Shown here: piece by piece, positions 51,536 to 64,000 of the stretch
How the letters are laid out: each line of letters starts with the position of its first letter
Numbering within the stretch: position 1 is the first letter of the stretch
Assembly (NCBI GenBank): GCA_043228905.1
Contig: JBHGNT010000008.1
Location: forward strand, 14,322,001 to 14,386,000
From: Azolla caroliniana
Lineage: Eukaryota > Plantae > Polypodiophyta
Reading direction: 5' to 3'
DNA: 64,000 bases
Program-made: the position numbers and the translations under genes
The notes under the pieces: generated by a model
Database searches by the model: none
What the model saw: only the letters and a program-made list of their open reading frames with translations
What the model was told of the DNA's origin: nothing

Positions 51536-51979
51536 ACATCGACTTGAATTTTAGCCTTAGGTTCTTGTATATATATATTTCTCCTAGACAAACTTTAGAT
51601 TTTAAACCTTTGTATAAAGAGTGTTATATAAGATTGAGTATGTAAGACTTGGCATGCAAGAATTAGTATGCTTGATATTATAGTATGTAAGACTTGGCAT
51701 GAGCATGCTTATCATGCTTCACTACATGCATAAAAAGGGTTGATCTCCCTTGTTAACATCAAGGAAATCAACACCAGCAATGGAATAGATATTTTTACAC
51801 ATTGTCATCAACTTCTCCATCTCTTTATCTTCCAATTGTTCATCCATGACAGATTGATTTCCTTCCTTCTTTTTCTTCTTTCTCAATACACTATTGTTGA
51901 GATACAATCTCAACATTGGCCGTAAACCGGTGCGTAAACTGGTGTGCAAACCGGTGCACAACAAGAGGCCGGATCAGTG

Positions 51980-54900
51980 TGTTGAACAGATATTCTGCGA
52001 GGGAATATATTTGGGAGTTAGTGTAGGAGCTCAATTATGAGCATTGAAGTACGTGTCAATACTTCTGTCAGTCCGTATGGACTTGTATAAAAGTGCCCTA
52101 TGAGCACATCCTATGTACAGAGTTTTACACATTTTTTGAATTCAGTTTTTCTGTGTGTTTTCCCTCTCTGTCTCTCCCACGTACATTGTTTCTTAAGCTC
52201 TCCATTAAACCTATTTTTTCTTTGTTGGTATTTTGTGTTTCGTATAGCTTCCGCATGTAACATTTCACATGGTATTAGAGCGTGAGGGTTGAGAACCTCT
52301 GCAACCGACTTCAGCTCGTCACACAAAAAAAGAAAACCTAATCTCGGTGAAGAACAAAATGAAAAAAAAATGGATAGAGGAATGGCTAGTTCGCTTCCAA
52401 CTGAGAAGCTTGACATAAGTAACTATTGTAGAAACGAAGGTCCAGAAGCGTTAGACAACCGGCTTAGCCGGATAGCAACAGAGAGAGAGTGATTAACACA
52501 CAGAAGGTACGCATGAGAGATAGAGAAAGAGTAGAACAACTTAAATTTATTATCACCAACTCTGTAAAATTCTCTGCGCATACAATGTGCTCAACAACAC
52601 TATTTATACAAGTCCTAAGAGGACTGATAGAAGTACGGTGTACTTCAATGCTCACACGAGCATCTCACACTAACTATGAGACATTAACTACCTAGTAGTC
52701 TAGGCTGCTACTAGGCTTCCGATTACTACTGGATCTGGCTAATGGGCTCACCGATCCAGCTCATCCTTCCGGATGTTGATACGGCTTAGGCTTATTCAGC
52801 CGATTCGGATCCGGTTGCGCTTGCCGCTCAACACTCCCCCTCAAGCTCAACTTGAGGTTAGATCGTGGTGTCAGTCTCCATAGTAGCCGGTCCTTCCACC
52901 CGGCTCCTTCTAGTGTCACTCCGCCTCGCTCGCGCTCCTCGTCCGGTCCGGTCCCGTTTGCCGCGACCCTTCTAATTCTGCGCACCTCGACCTCATTGGT
53001 CAGCTCGTCTGTTCAATCGGCCCAATTCAGCTCCCTCGCTGCTATGACTTCGGCACTTGCCGATTCGCCGATTCCTTCGTGTTGGCATCGACTTTCACTA
53101 CCTTCTCGTCCTCTTGGCCTTGAATTGATCTGGTTCTTCCGAATCTGTCTGTGAACTGAATCGATTGTCTCCAATTAGTTCCAGCTCTTGTCCAAATTGG
53201 TTGCTCCCGATTCGTCTTCCGGTTCCAGGCCCTTCACCACATCGGACCATGTCCCGGTCTTGGCCATCTTCTTCTGGTCGGCTCTGTCCTTCTTGACTCT
53301 GCCGCTGCTGCCACTTGTTCCAACTTGTTCGGATGTGTCAACTTCCTTTGTTGACTCGGCTCCTTTCTCTTTCTTGTCTCTCCCTTTGTCGGTTCTTCCC
53401 TCACCAGTGCAATCGGTAGTTTCTTTGCCTTTGTCTGTTCCGGTGTCTTTGCCCGTTCTCCCCCTCAAGTGTGGCATGTCGAGATGCTGAACATCAAGCA
53501 TTTCGGTGAAGTGTTGTAACTTGTCCGATCCGAGCGGTTTGTTGAAGATGTCGGCAACTTGCCGATCCGTATGAACATACCGAAGTTCGACTTCACCACT
53601 CAAGACATGTTCACGAACGAAGTGGTAGTGCACTTCTATGTGCTTTGTGCGAGCATGGAATACGGGGTTCTTGGCAAGCTGCATGTTGCTTATGTTGTCG
53701 CAGTAGATCAGGATCAGGGTCGGCACCTCGATCCGCGGGTCTTGCAGTAGTCGCCGAAACCAAATGGCTTCACAGGTGTCAACGGTAGCACCCCGGTATT
53801 TAGCCTTTGTTCTCGAAAGGGCCACTGTTGGCTGCTTTTTGCTGCTCCACGCAACAACCGTGCTACCAAGGGAAAACATATATACTCGGAGGTGGATTGG
53901 CGATCCGATGCATCGTCGGCCCACTCGGCATTAGTGTAGCCGACTAGCTCTTCGGTTATACCATGCCGGTATAACAGTCCCCGGTCCTTCGTGCCGCTCA
54001 CATATCGCAAAATTCGATGCGCGCACAGAAGGTGCTCCACGGTCGGCTTCTACATATATTGGCTGATCACGCTGATCGGATAACTGATGTCGGGTCGGGT
54101 GATTGTCAAATATATAAGGCTTCCGACGATTTGTCGAAACTGTTTCTCATCGCAGGCCGGTCCGGAGTCGAGACGGAGCTTCTGGTTCCGGTCCAAGAGT
54201 GTGGAGATCGGTCAACATTCCGTCATGCCGAACTTGTACAACATATTCAACACATAGTGTCTTTGTGAGAGCAATATGTCGTCGGGGGTTCGGATCACCT
54301 CGATCCCAAGGAAATAGTGAAGGTCCCCTAGTTCCTTCATCTCAAATGCGTCCAACAACTGGGACTTGACTCGGCTGATTTCATCGAGTCCGGGTTCGGT
54401 GATAACTAGATCATCAACATACAACAAGATGCAAACCGGGCCATCTGAACCTTTCTGGATGAACAACAAAGAGTCGGACTTGGAGGCCGCAAACCCCATC
54501 TTACGCAACCGGTGCGTGATCTTCACATTCCAAGCTCGGGGGGCTTGCTTCAGGCCATAAATTGACTTCTTCAACCGGCATACCGCTGACTTGTTCATCT
54601 TTGATTGGAAACCAAGGGGTTGGGTCATAAAGACCTCTTCTTCAAGATCGCCATTAAGAAATGCATTCTTCACGTCCATCTGGTGAAGATGCCACCCCCT
54701 TGCCGACACAACCGCCAGCACCACACGAATCGTCGTCATCTTTGCTACCGGAGCGAAGGTCTCGTCGTAGTCAATTCCGTGGGTCTGCGCATATCCCTTC
54801 GCCACTAACCGGGCCTTGTACCGGTTAACTGAACCGTCGACATTGTACTTTACCTTGTACACCCACTTACATCCGATCGGTTTACAGTGTCGGGGAGGGT

Positions 54901-57900
54901 CAACTAGGTCCCATGTGTTGTTGGCATCAAGTGCCCGAATTTCTTCCTTCATAGCGGCATCCCAATTTGCGTCCTTTGCCGCTTTTGTGTAGCTCTCCGG
55001 CTCACGCACTTCCGCCACGTTGGTCATGTACGCATAGTGATGCGCCATGTACTCATTGTACCCATACCGCTTCACAGGGTTCTTCTGGCGGGAAGACCGG
55101 CGTAACTTATCGTTACCCAGTTTGAGGCCCTTCTTGGCCAGTTCGGTCTTCGTTGCTGAAGATCCGCCTTCTTCTTTTTCGGAGTCGGATCCGCTCCGAT
55201 CCGACTCACCATTTCCGGTCTCATGCTTTGGCATCTTCCTCTTCCCCTTTTCCTTGCGCGTGAACCGTCTCCTCCGTTCCTTGCGTGGGGGGAACACGAC
55301 AGAGTCTCCTCTACTCACCAGTTCATCTTCCGACTAGTCTGTCTGACCCAATCGCTCGTTCGGCCCGCTCAACCGAAACAATTCCGGACTCACATCTAGA
55401 GTCTCAAACCCTTCTTCTTCTAACTAGACCGGTTGAGGCTCACTAGCCTCATCCTCCGATATCGGGTTGGGGTCGGAAAGGCATACCATGATGTCGTCTC
55501 GTCAAACTCAACATCCCGACTAACTCGGACCTACTTTGTCCGGGGGTTATAACACTTATACCCCTTTTGCTCATGCGAGTAACCAACCAGGATGCATTTC
55601 TCCAACTTCACATCCAACTTCCTCCACTTCTCATACGGCACATGCACATATGCAATGCAATCGAATATCCGAAGGTGTCTCAAATTTGGCTTGCGCCCGA
55701 AATACAACTCATGCGTGGACACCTTGTCACCGATCCGGTTTTGGATATAGACGGCCGTCCGGACCACCTCAACGCAGTAGAATTTGGGCATGCTATTCTC
55801 CTCCAGCATCGCCCTTGCCGTGTCGATAATCGACCGGTTCTTCCTCTCGGCCACACCGTTTTGCTCCAATGTGTATCTGCAGCTGAACTCTCTCCGATTT
55901 CCTTTTTGTTGCAGATAACTGTTGAATTGGCCGGAAAAATATTCTTTTCCGCCATTCGACCACAGACACTTGATCTTCCTCTCCGTTTCCCGTTCAACCA
56001 GGCTTTGTAGGTTCCAGAAACACTTGAAGACTTCACTCTTCCGCTCAATGAGGTAGATCCATGTGTGCCGACTATAGTCATCAATGAAGGAGAGGAAGTA
56101 TCGACTCCCGCCAAGACTAACATTCTGTCCTGGTCCCCATATATCCGAACGAATAAGGTCGAGCTTGTTATGGCTACGGTTTCGTTCGGTGTGGAGTGGA
56201 AGCCGGTGTTGCTTCCCGCGTTGGCAGGCTTCACATATTTGGACCTTTTGGCCACTGAACTTCGGCAAACCGAAAACAACTTGTTTCGTTTGCAAGTCTT
56301 GAAACCTCCGGTAATTGACATGGCCGATCCGCTTGTGCTAGAGATCAATATCCAATTTAATCTTTTGTCCTTTGGCGAACAAAGTGGTGTCGATGTCATT
56401 GGTGTCGAGGATGAATATCCTCCCATCTCTGCGCCCTTGCGCAATAATCTGGCCCTCTTCCTCGATGAAGCACCCAAGGTGCGTAAACCGCACCTGCATC
56501 CCCTAGTCAACGATTTGATTGACTGACACCAAGTTCTTCGTGATAGTCGGAATGTGTAATACATTCATCAGCTTCCCCCTCTGTCCAACGTGGCTCAAAG
56601 GGACTTCTCCAACATGCACGATTGGGTTAGGAGTGTCGTCTCCGGTTTCAACGACTCTCAGTTGTTCCGGTTTCTCCAAGAAGGAGAACCACTCTCTATG
56701 GCTCGTCATGTGATTCAACGCACTGGAATCAACGTACCACACTTCCTCCGATTTGGAATTGGTTTTCTTCATCGAGTTAGCCTTGTCAAGGCTGGCCTGG
56801 CCCTTTACCGGCTTTTCCGGTTTTGGATCCTCTCGATCCTTCTGCGTAGTGCGAGTATTGTCGGTTCTCTCTACCGGCCTTGCCAGATCCAGATTTGTCT
56901 GAATCGGCACGCTTCCTCCAGCTCTCACTTTCTCTATGGACCTTTTTAGCACAATACCAACATTCTGTGTCGGCCTTTGCTTGCCGGCCTCCGACGCCGC
57001 CTTGACTCCCCCTGCTTGTGGAGGGTCCGGAACTGCTGTCGGCACATTCTCTGTGCCTTCGGTCCTGCTCTTGCCTGCGGCTACCATTGCGAGCCGAACC
57101 ACCTCGTCCACCACGCCCACGGGGCCGATCCGCCTCCGTGTACAACATCCAGCTGCCGGTGGGTGCACTTGTTGACGCACCGGCATGCTTCTCCTCTACA
57201 AGGAGCATCGACTGTAAGTCGAAAAATGACGACGTCTTCTCCCTTGTACATACCGCCGTTCGGAACACTCTGAACTTAGACGTTAGGACCCCAAGATAGA
57301 TCTGCACCATCTCATCTTCCTCTATAGTGACGTTGATAGAGGCAAGTAAGTCATAGATCTCTTTGATTCAGGCCGTGTAATCGGCTACTGACATGTCCTT
57401 CTGTCGGACATTGCTCAACTCATGTCAGAGTTGCAGCTTCCGGGCCGTAGTGCTTGCCGCGAAAACCTTCTTCAGGTTTCCCCAAGCTTCTTTTTTCGTC
57501 TTGGCATCTCGGACATGGCTCAGTAGTTGGTCTCCGACACTGGACGCAAAGCAGTACATCACTCTGCTTGCCACTTGTTCCCACACTGGGAAGTCCTTGT
57601 GTGCCGCATCAGGTGTTGTGTCGTTAGCTCCGTCGACATAGCTCTAGTAACCATGCCCAAGCAGGTACTGGTGCATCTTGTATGACCAAGATGCGTAGTT
57701 GGATCTGTCGAGCTTCTCCACCGGGAGTGAGCTAGCCATTCCTCTGTCCATCACTTCTCTTTCTGTTCTTACCGGGTCTTAGGGTTTGTCTCTAGATGTT
57801 GATGTCGGTTGCAGAGGTTTTTCAACCCTCACGCTCTGATACCATGTAGAAACGAAGGTGCGGATATGTTAGACAACCGGCTTATCCAAATAGCAACAGA

Positions 57901-60800
57901 GAGAGAGAGATATTAACACACAGAAGGTACACATGAGAGACAAAGAAAGAGCAGAACAACTTAAATCTATTATCAATAACTCTGTAAAATTCTCTGTGCA
58001 TACAATGTGCTCAACAACACTATTTATACAAGTCCTAAGAGGACTGACAGAAGTACGGTGTACTTCAATGCTCACACGAGCGTCTCACACTAACTACGAA
58101 ACATTAACTACCTAGTAGTCTAGGTTGCTACTAGGGTTTCGGTTATTGCTGGATCCGGCTAACCGGCTAACCGGCTGCCCAGCTCACCGGTTCACTTGCT
58201 CATCGGCTCACTGATCCAGCTTAGGCTTATTCAGCCAATCTGGATCCGGTTGAGCTTGCCGCTCAACACTACACATCTTGGTCGTACAAGATGCACTAGT
58301 ACTTGCTTGGACATGGATACTGGAGCTATGTCGATGGAGCGAATGATGCAGCACCCGAATCGACACACAGAGACTTCCTGACCTGGGAACAGTCGGCAAG
58401 CAGAATTCTCTACTGCTTCACATCTTGTGTGAGCGAACAACTCTTGAGCTACATTTGGGATGCAAGAACGCCGAAGGATGCTTGGGGAAATCTGAAAAAG
58501 TTTTTCACCACAAGCACCACAGTCAGGAAGCTCCAACTCCAATAGGAGTTGAGCAATGTGCATCAACGCGAAAGGATGGTGGCTGACTACACCTCCAAGA
58601 TAAAGGATATATGTGACTCCCTTGCCTCCATCGATGTGAATGTTGAGGAGGGGGAAATGGTGCAGATCTGCCTCAGAGGATTGGCGTTGAAGTTCGGAGC
58701 ATTCCGAACTGCTGTTTGTACAAGGGAGAATACGTCGTCGTTTTTCAACTTGCAGTCGATGCTCCTTGTAGAGGAGAATCATGCAGGTTCATTGACGAGT
58801 ACGCACACTGACAACAAGATGCTAAACACGAAGGGAGATAGGCCCCGTGGTTGTGGCAGACGAGGTGAGTCAACGTGCAATAGAGGCGGCCGACAGGAGC
58901 AAGGAAGAAGGCATCGTGGTGATGTCGACAGCAATTCCGGACCCTCCGAAAGTAGGGGGAGTCGAGGAGGCTACGAGAACAAGCAAGGGAAGAATGCTGC
59001 GGACTGCTGGTATTGTGGCAAGAAAGGCCACAAGGAGAGTGAGTGATGGAAGAAGCGTGCCAATTCTGAGAAAACTAGATCCGGATCCGAACCGACCGAA
59101 CAAGGAAATCGGCAGTGGGCCCACTACGCCGAAGGATCTGAAAAAGTCAGAAAGGGGCCAACCTTTGTGACAAGACACGAAGTGAACTCAATGAAGAAGA
59201 CCACCACAAAATCGGACGAAGTGTGGTACGTTGACTCCGGAGCGTCAAACCATATGACGAACCATAAAGAGTGGTTCTCATATATGGAAAAACTAGAACA
59301 ACCGGGGGTAGTTGCAATAGGAGAAGACACTCCGCATCCGATCGTACATGTCGGTGAAGTTCCCCTCAGCCATGTCGGGCAAAATGGGAAGCTAATGAAT
59401 GTGTTACATGCCCCGACAATTGCAAAGAATCTGGTGTCGGTCAGATAGATCGTCTACCAAGGGATGCAAGTCCAGTTCACGCATCTCGAGTGTTTCATCG
59501 AGGAAGAAGGCCAAGTTATTGCGCAAGGGCGTAGAGATGGGAGGATGTTCATCCTCGACACCAATGACGTGGGCACCACCATGTTCGCGAAAGGGCAAAA
59601 AGTTGAGTCGGATATCGACCTGTGGCATAAGCGGATAGGCCACATTAACTAGCAAAGGCTTTAGGACCTGCAATAGAAACAAGTTGTGTTTGGATTGCCG
59701 AAATTTAGTGGTCGAAAGGCCCAAATTTGTGAAGCCTGCCAGCTAGGGAAGCAACACTGACTTCCTTTCCCAATGAGCGTAATCAGAGCCGAAATAAGCT
59801 CAACTTGATACATTCAAATGTATGGGGACCGACATAGAACGTAAGTCTTGGCGGGAGTCGATATTTCGTCTCCTTCATCGACGACTACACCCGGCACACA
59901 TGGATCTACCTCATCAAAAGAAGAGTGACGTCATCGACTGTTTCCAGAACCTCAAAAATCTTGTCGAAAGGGAAACAGGGAGGAAGATCAAGTGCTTGCA
60001 GTCGGATGGCGGAAAAGAGTACTTTTCTGGCCAATTTAACAGTTATCTGCAACAGATGGGAATTCGGCACGAATTCAGTTGCAGGTATACGCCGGAGCAA
60101 AACGGCGTAGCCGAAAGGAAGAATCGATCGGTTGTGGAAGTGGCACGGGCAATGCTGAAAGAAAAGAGCATGCCCAAGTTCTATTGGGTTGAAGCGCTCC
60201 AAAGCACGTTCTACATCCAGAAACGAATCGGCGAAAAAGTGTCGGCACATGAGCTGTATTTCGGAAGGAAGCCGAATCTACGACACTTGAGGGTTTTCGG
60301 TAGCATCGCGTATGTGCATGTGCTGAAGGAGAAGTGGAGGAAGTTGGATGCGAAAGCCGAGAAGTGTATCTTGGTCGGCTATTCGGACGAACAAAAGGGT
60401 TATAAGTGTCATAACCCCCGAACCAAACAAGCTCACGTAAGTCGCGATGTCGTGTTCGATGAGTCCACGTCTTGTTATTTGCCTTCGACTCTGGACCTCA
60501 GTTCCAATTTGAGTTTTGAAGATGAGGTCAGCGAGGCTGAGATGCCGCCTGATGAATGCGAAGTCGGAACTCTTGAAGAGAGTCCGATCCCATTTCGGCT
60601 AAGTGGACCGAATGAGTGATTGAGTTAGTTTGACCAGTTAGATGAAGAGCCGGCGAGTAATGGAGACTCGGTCGTGCATTCCCTATGCAGGAAGCCGAAG
60701 AGACTTCTTACGCACAAAGAAAAGGGAAAGAAGAAGATGCCGGAGTACAACACGGATAGGGACGAGTCGGATCGACGCAAATCCGACTCCGAGAAATGTG
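51980..60800 (+). mobile_element. Copia element (LTR ~51980-52269, PBS 52270-52281, gag-PR-INT), 3'-truncated and interrupted by 52427-58268
   Basis: gag MASSLPTEKLD..SNY resumes at 58269; WYVDSGASNHMT and PEQNGVAERKNR motifs. Confidence 0.9.
52427..58268 (-). mobile_element. Full-length decayed Copia: LTRs 52427-52833 and 57845-58268, PBS 57833-57844
   Basis: Paired LTRs; PPT at 52834-52843; RT ORF 54212-55318 (LYVDDL); RNase H 53175-53924; INT 55531-56295. Confidence 0.95.
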
Positions 60801-61079
60801 CGCTATATCTGTAAATAGCTAGAAAGTTGTATATTTATAAATACAACTACAACAAACTTTATGGAGGGCATATCATTATTAGTTGTTACATAGTTAGAGA
60901 AGGTTGTTGCCTCTGTAATCGTGAGAGAGTGAGAGTTAGCGAGTAACTCTACAGCCGTCAGTCTGACGAAGGAGAGCTTAAGGTTGTTGCCTTGGAGCTT
61001 CTCATTGTCTTCCTCTTGCAATGCTCCCATCACAAGGTCATATGTACCAGTTTCACCGACCATGCCACGGTTTCCATCC

Positions 61080-61574
61080 TCCAATGATACTCATACCGAG
61101 ATGGAGGAGAACCCCCATACCCCAATAGAGATCGACCATGCTCGGTTCTAACCATTAACTGATGCTCAACGACAACATCGACGTGACAATGGCCTCTACC
61201 TCTATTGTGGTACCCCCGGCCATGTCATCCCACCGTGCACCTCTTGCGGAGGTTTCTCGACAATAGGAAAACGACCAAGTCTGGCTGCAGTAGGAGCCAT
61301 GCCGATGGATGCTTCCTATTACCCTGCTTCTCCATGCTCCTCCAATTCAGTTACACCAGCAGGAGGTTTTACTTTGCAAGTAAGTCTTTGTTGTGGGTCT
61401 ACTTCAATACAATCCCATGCCTTGCTCGATTCGGGAGCATCTACCTATTTCATCGATATCTTGTTCGTCCGGGACATAATATCCCCACTGTTTGCACAAC
61501 ACAACCCATATCTGTTGAAGCTATTGACGGACATGTTCTCTCTTCAGGGCCAGTTACTGAGGCCACTATCCCGT
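61080..61574 (+). pseudogene. Chromovirus gag C-terminus and protease fragment
   Basis: PIEID and LYCGTPGHV remnants, G GAA AAC slippery site at 61266, ALLDSGAS. Confidence 0.8.
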
Positions 61575-64000
61575 TGTCGTGTTGTCTATCTTTTGCGTGG
61601 GAAATAAGGCGGGACCACGGGGGCCCTGAACCGAGGAGAAAGAGAGACAAGAGGAAGTGAGAAGCGCACACGCGTAGGGCCCGTTAGACCTGTTTGCAAC
61701 TGACAACAATTGCCGGCTGAATGAACCACCAACGCGTATACCGACTTGAACAAGCGGGAAAAGGGGAAACTCCCAGAAACACAGATAGAAAAAATGGGGA
61801 TTCAAATACAATAACATTAACGATTATAGTGCTTGCAATATTACAACCGGATAGCCTGCGACAGACGTAACCCAAACAATCACACGCCCACGCACACACG
61901 CAGTGGAGCCTTTGCCGGGTGCACTCGGTTTCCTCAAAGCAGAGGCAACCGACTCCGAATCCTGCAGAGAATGATGATCTATAGATAGTGGAGGAGAGAG
62001 AGCTCAGTTCCCAGTCCGACAACACATCTTCCTTGCCCGAAACACAATCCCTCTCTCAACCTTCTTCCCTCCCTTTTATAGGCCCTGGGGACAGACCGTT
62101 ATACCCTGGTTACATCCTCTTTATTTCTGTCACTTCAGACAAAGATACACTACGATTTCCTAAACAATAAATGTGTACTACCTAGTATCCTCACACCAAC
62201 CAAAATGCTCCTAAGTATGTACAAGTTATTAAATAACGTACTCACACGTAAGGGCCAATTCATGCGCATATTTCCATGATTCCTCTTAGGGGCGGTTTTC
62301 TCCACGACATCCATCCCCACCAAACCGCACGTCCACCGGTACGTGCCTGATACAACAATCGCCGGAGAAGACCGTCCTATAATCACCCTTCATTCTCTGA
62401 GTCGCTATCCACGCCGGTGCAGCCATCACCATCGTCCGGACTTGCCGAGTCCAGTTTGTCCTTGTGCCGTTTCTTAAATACTTTGATCCTCTTCCCAGCT
62501 ATTGGCACAACTATCTGCGTCTCGTCAAGCTCCGCGAGATGGTACATGCCATTGTCGTTAGCATGCATCACGGCGTAGGGCCCAAACCATCTCTTTGCAA
62601 ATTTTTGCACCGCCTTGTGCTGATTGTTGATGCTGTTGTTGTATACCAGCACCCAATCGCCTTCTTCAATCTTCTTCGGTCGGAGCCGGTGTGTCCGGTT
62701 GAACCGGCCCTTGTTCCTTTCCCATGCCGCGCACAACATCTCCCTTGCTCGCTCTACGTCCTTTGCTCTCTGTTCAAGCTGTTGAATCCGTGCCGCCAAC
62801 AACTCTTCCCAGCTCATTTCGTTCCTCCAGTCCACCGCGGCCCACGAAGTGATTGCCCGCACCACCGGCCTAATCGGTTTTTGCCCGTACATCAACTCCG
62901 CCGGCATGAAACCGGTCACTAAACTATGCGTAGTCCGGTCCGCCCACAGTGCATAAGGTAGAAGCCGCGGCCAATTCTCGACCTGTCCTTCACACGCTCG
63001 CACCAGCGCCTTCACAATTGGGCCATGCCCTCGTTCTATTTTCCCGTTCGCCTCCGAGTTGTACGCCGTAGTGAGGGAGAGCTTGACCCCTAGCCAGTCA
63101 AACAACTCTTCGGCTTCCAACGCGTCCAGCTCCCCCTGATCTACCACGATCTTCCCTACGCACCTGTATCAGCACACCACCTCCTCAATCAGGAATCGAC
63201 ATACCGCCGGAGTTGTCTTATTCGGTAGTGCGCAGCCCTCCACTTGGTTCGTCAAGTCTTCTCGTGCCAGCACCAGGTACCGCACCTGTCCTACCCCCAT
63301 TGGCGTCGTCACCAAATCTACCATCCACTTGAAATGGACAGTCGGGGGGTAGGTCGGGTGCAGCTCGTCTTGATGCCGGATCGTGGAGTGCATCTGGCAG
63401 CTCTCGCACGTCGTCACGAACCGGTGCACGTCCCGGTATAGCCCTGACCACAAATACTTCTCCTTTAGTTTCTCGAACGTGGCCCAAATCCCGCAGTGAC
63501 CGGCCCAAGGACTCTCATGGTACGCCGTGAGCAACATCTCCCGCTCCTCCTTTCCTGCCACTATTCGTAGTGGGACAATGCCTCTCTTCTTCGGAGGCTT
63601 CCATAGGTTCCCGTCCCTGAAGAAGAACCGGTACGCTTTCTTCTGGACCCGGTTAGCTTCGTCTTTCGTCCACGCAGTGTCCGGCGTCATTGTCTTCAGG
63701 AATCTACCGATCCTGAGCCACTCCCCTTCGTATTCACCCTCGTGAAACTCGTGAAGCACCGGGGTGCTACCTACCCTTGCCAGGTAAGTCGACTCGAAGA
63801 AGTCCTCGCCGACTTCTTCGCCCTCCAAAACCATGTCGTCCTCGTCGTCAAACCGCGCTCTTGAAAACATGTCGGCCATGGCGATGTCCTTTCCGGAGAT
63901 GTGTCGTATCTCCAAACTCAGGGACTTGATGTATGCAATCCATTTGAGCATTGCCAGGTCCAGCGTCGTGCATCCGGAAACCATTCCGAGGATCGGTAGG
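61575..64000 (-). mobile_element. Non-chromoviral Gypsy 3' part: RNase H end, integrase (HHCC, core, GPY/F), PPT and 3' LTR 61575-62309
   Basis: ORFs 63169-63984 and 62383-63147 (HESPWAGH, CESCQ, NSEANGKIERGH, WFGPY); purine tract adjacent to an LTR with TGTCGTG/CACGACA ends. Confidence 0.92.

Noticed and set aside
52423-58272. Apparent 4-bp TSD (CTAT/CTAC) for a Copia element
   Set aside because: Equally explained by a 5-bp ACTAT/ACTAC TSD with loss of one A; the other Copia elements here have 5-bp TSDs

Overview
Eukaryotic, plant-type DNA (probably a seed-free plant such as a fern; this is inferred from the element types and not proven). It is a dense nest of decayed retrotransposons around one intact host gene, an F-box gene of the At1g30200/At4g18380/At5g46170 (AUF1-like) type (CDS ~33105-34301, minus strand). 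The window holds Ty3/Gypsy chromoviruses, several tRNA-iMet-primed Ty1/Copia elements, two non-chromoviral Gypsy lineages, L1- and RTEX-like LINE fragments, a hAT-type MITE pair and microsatellites. Four observations stand out. (1) Four divergent chromovirus LTR families all carry an antisense tRNA-like Pol III A-box/B-box module with tRNA-like spacing at the U3 tip. (2) The same elements lack a tRNA PBS and show covarying 11-nt self-priming complementarity, plus a hairpin over the primer copy. (3) A Gypsy lineage with TGTCGTG...CACGACA LTR ends makes 4-bp TSDs, and all five assignable target sites are centred on CpG. (4) An ~12 kb inversion (~10.8-22.8 kb) can be reconstructed from three split TSD pairs and a split LINE. 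Coordinates were read by eye, and the boundaries of decayed fragments are approximate.
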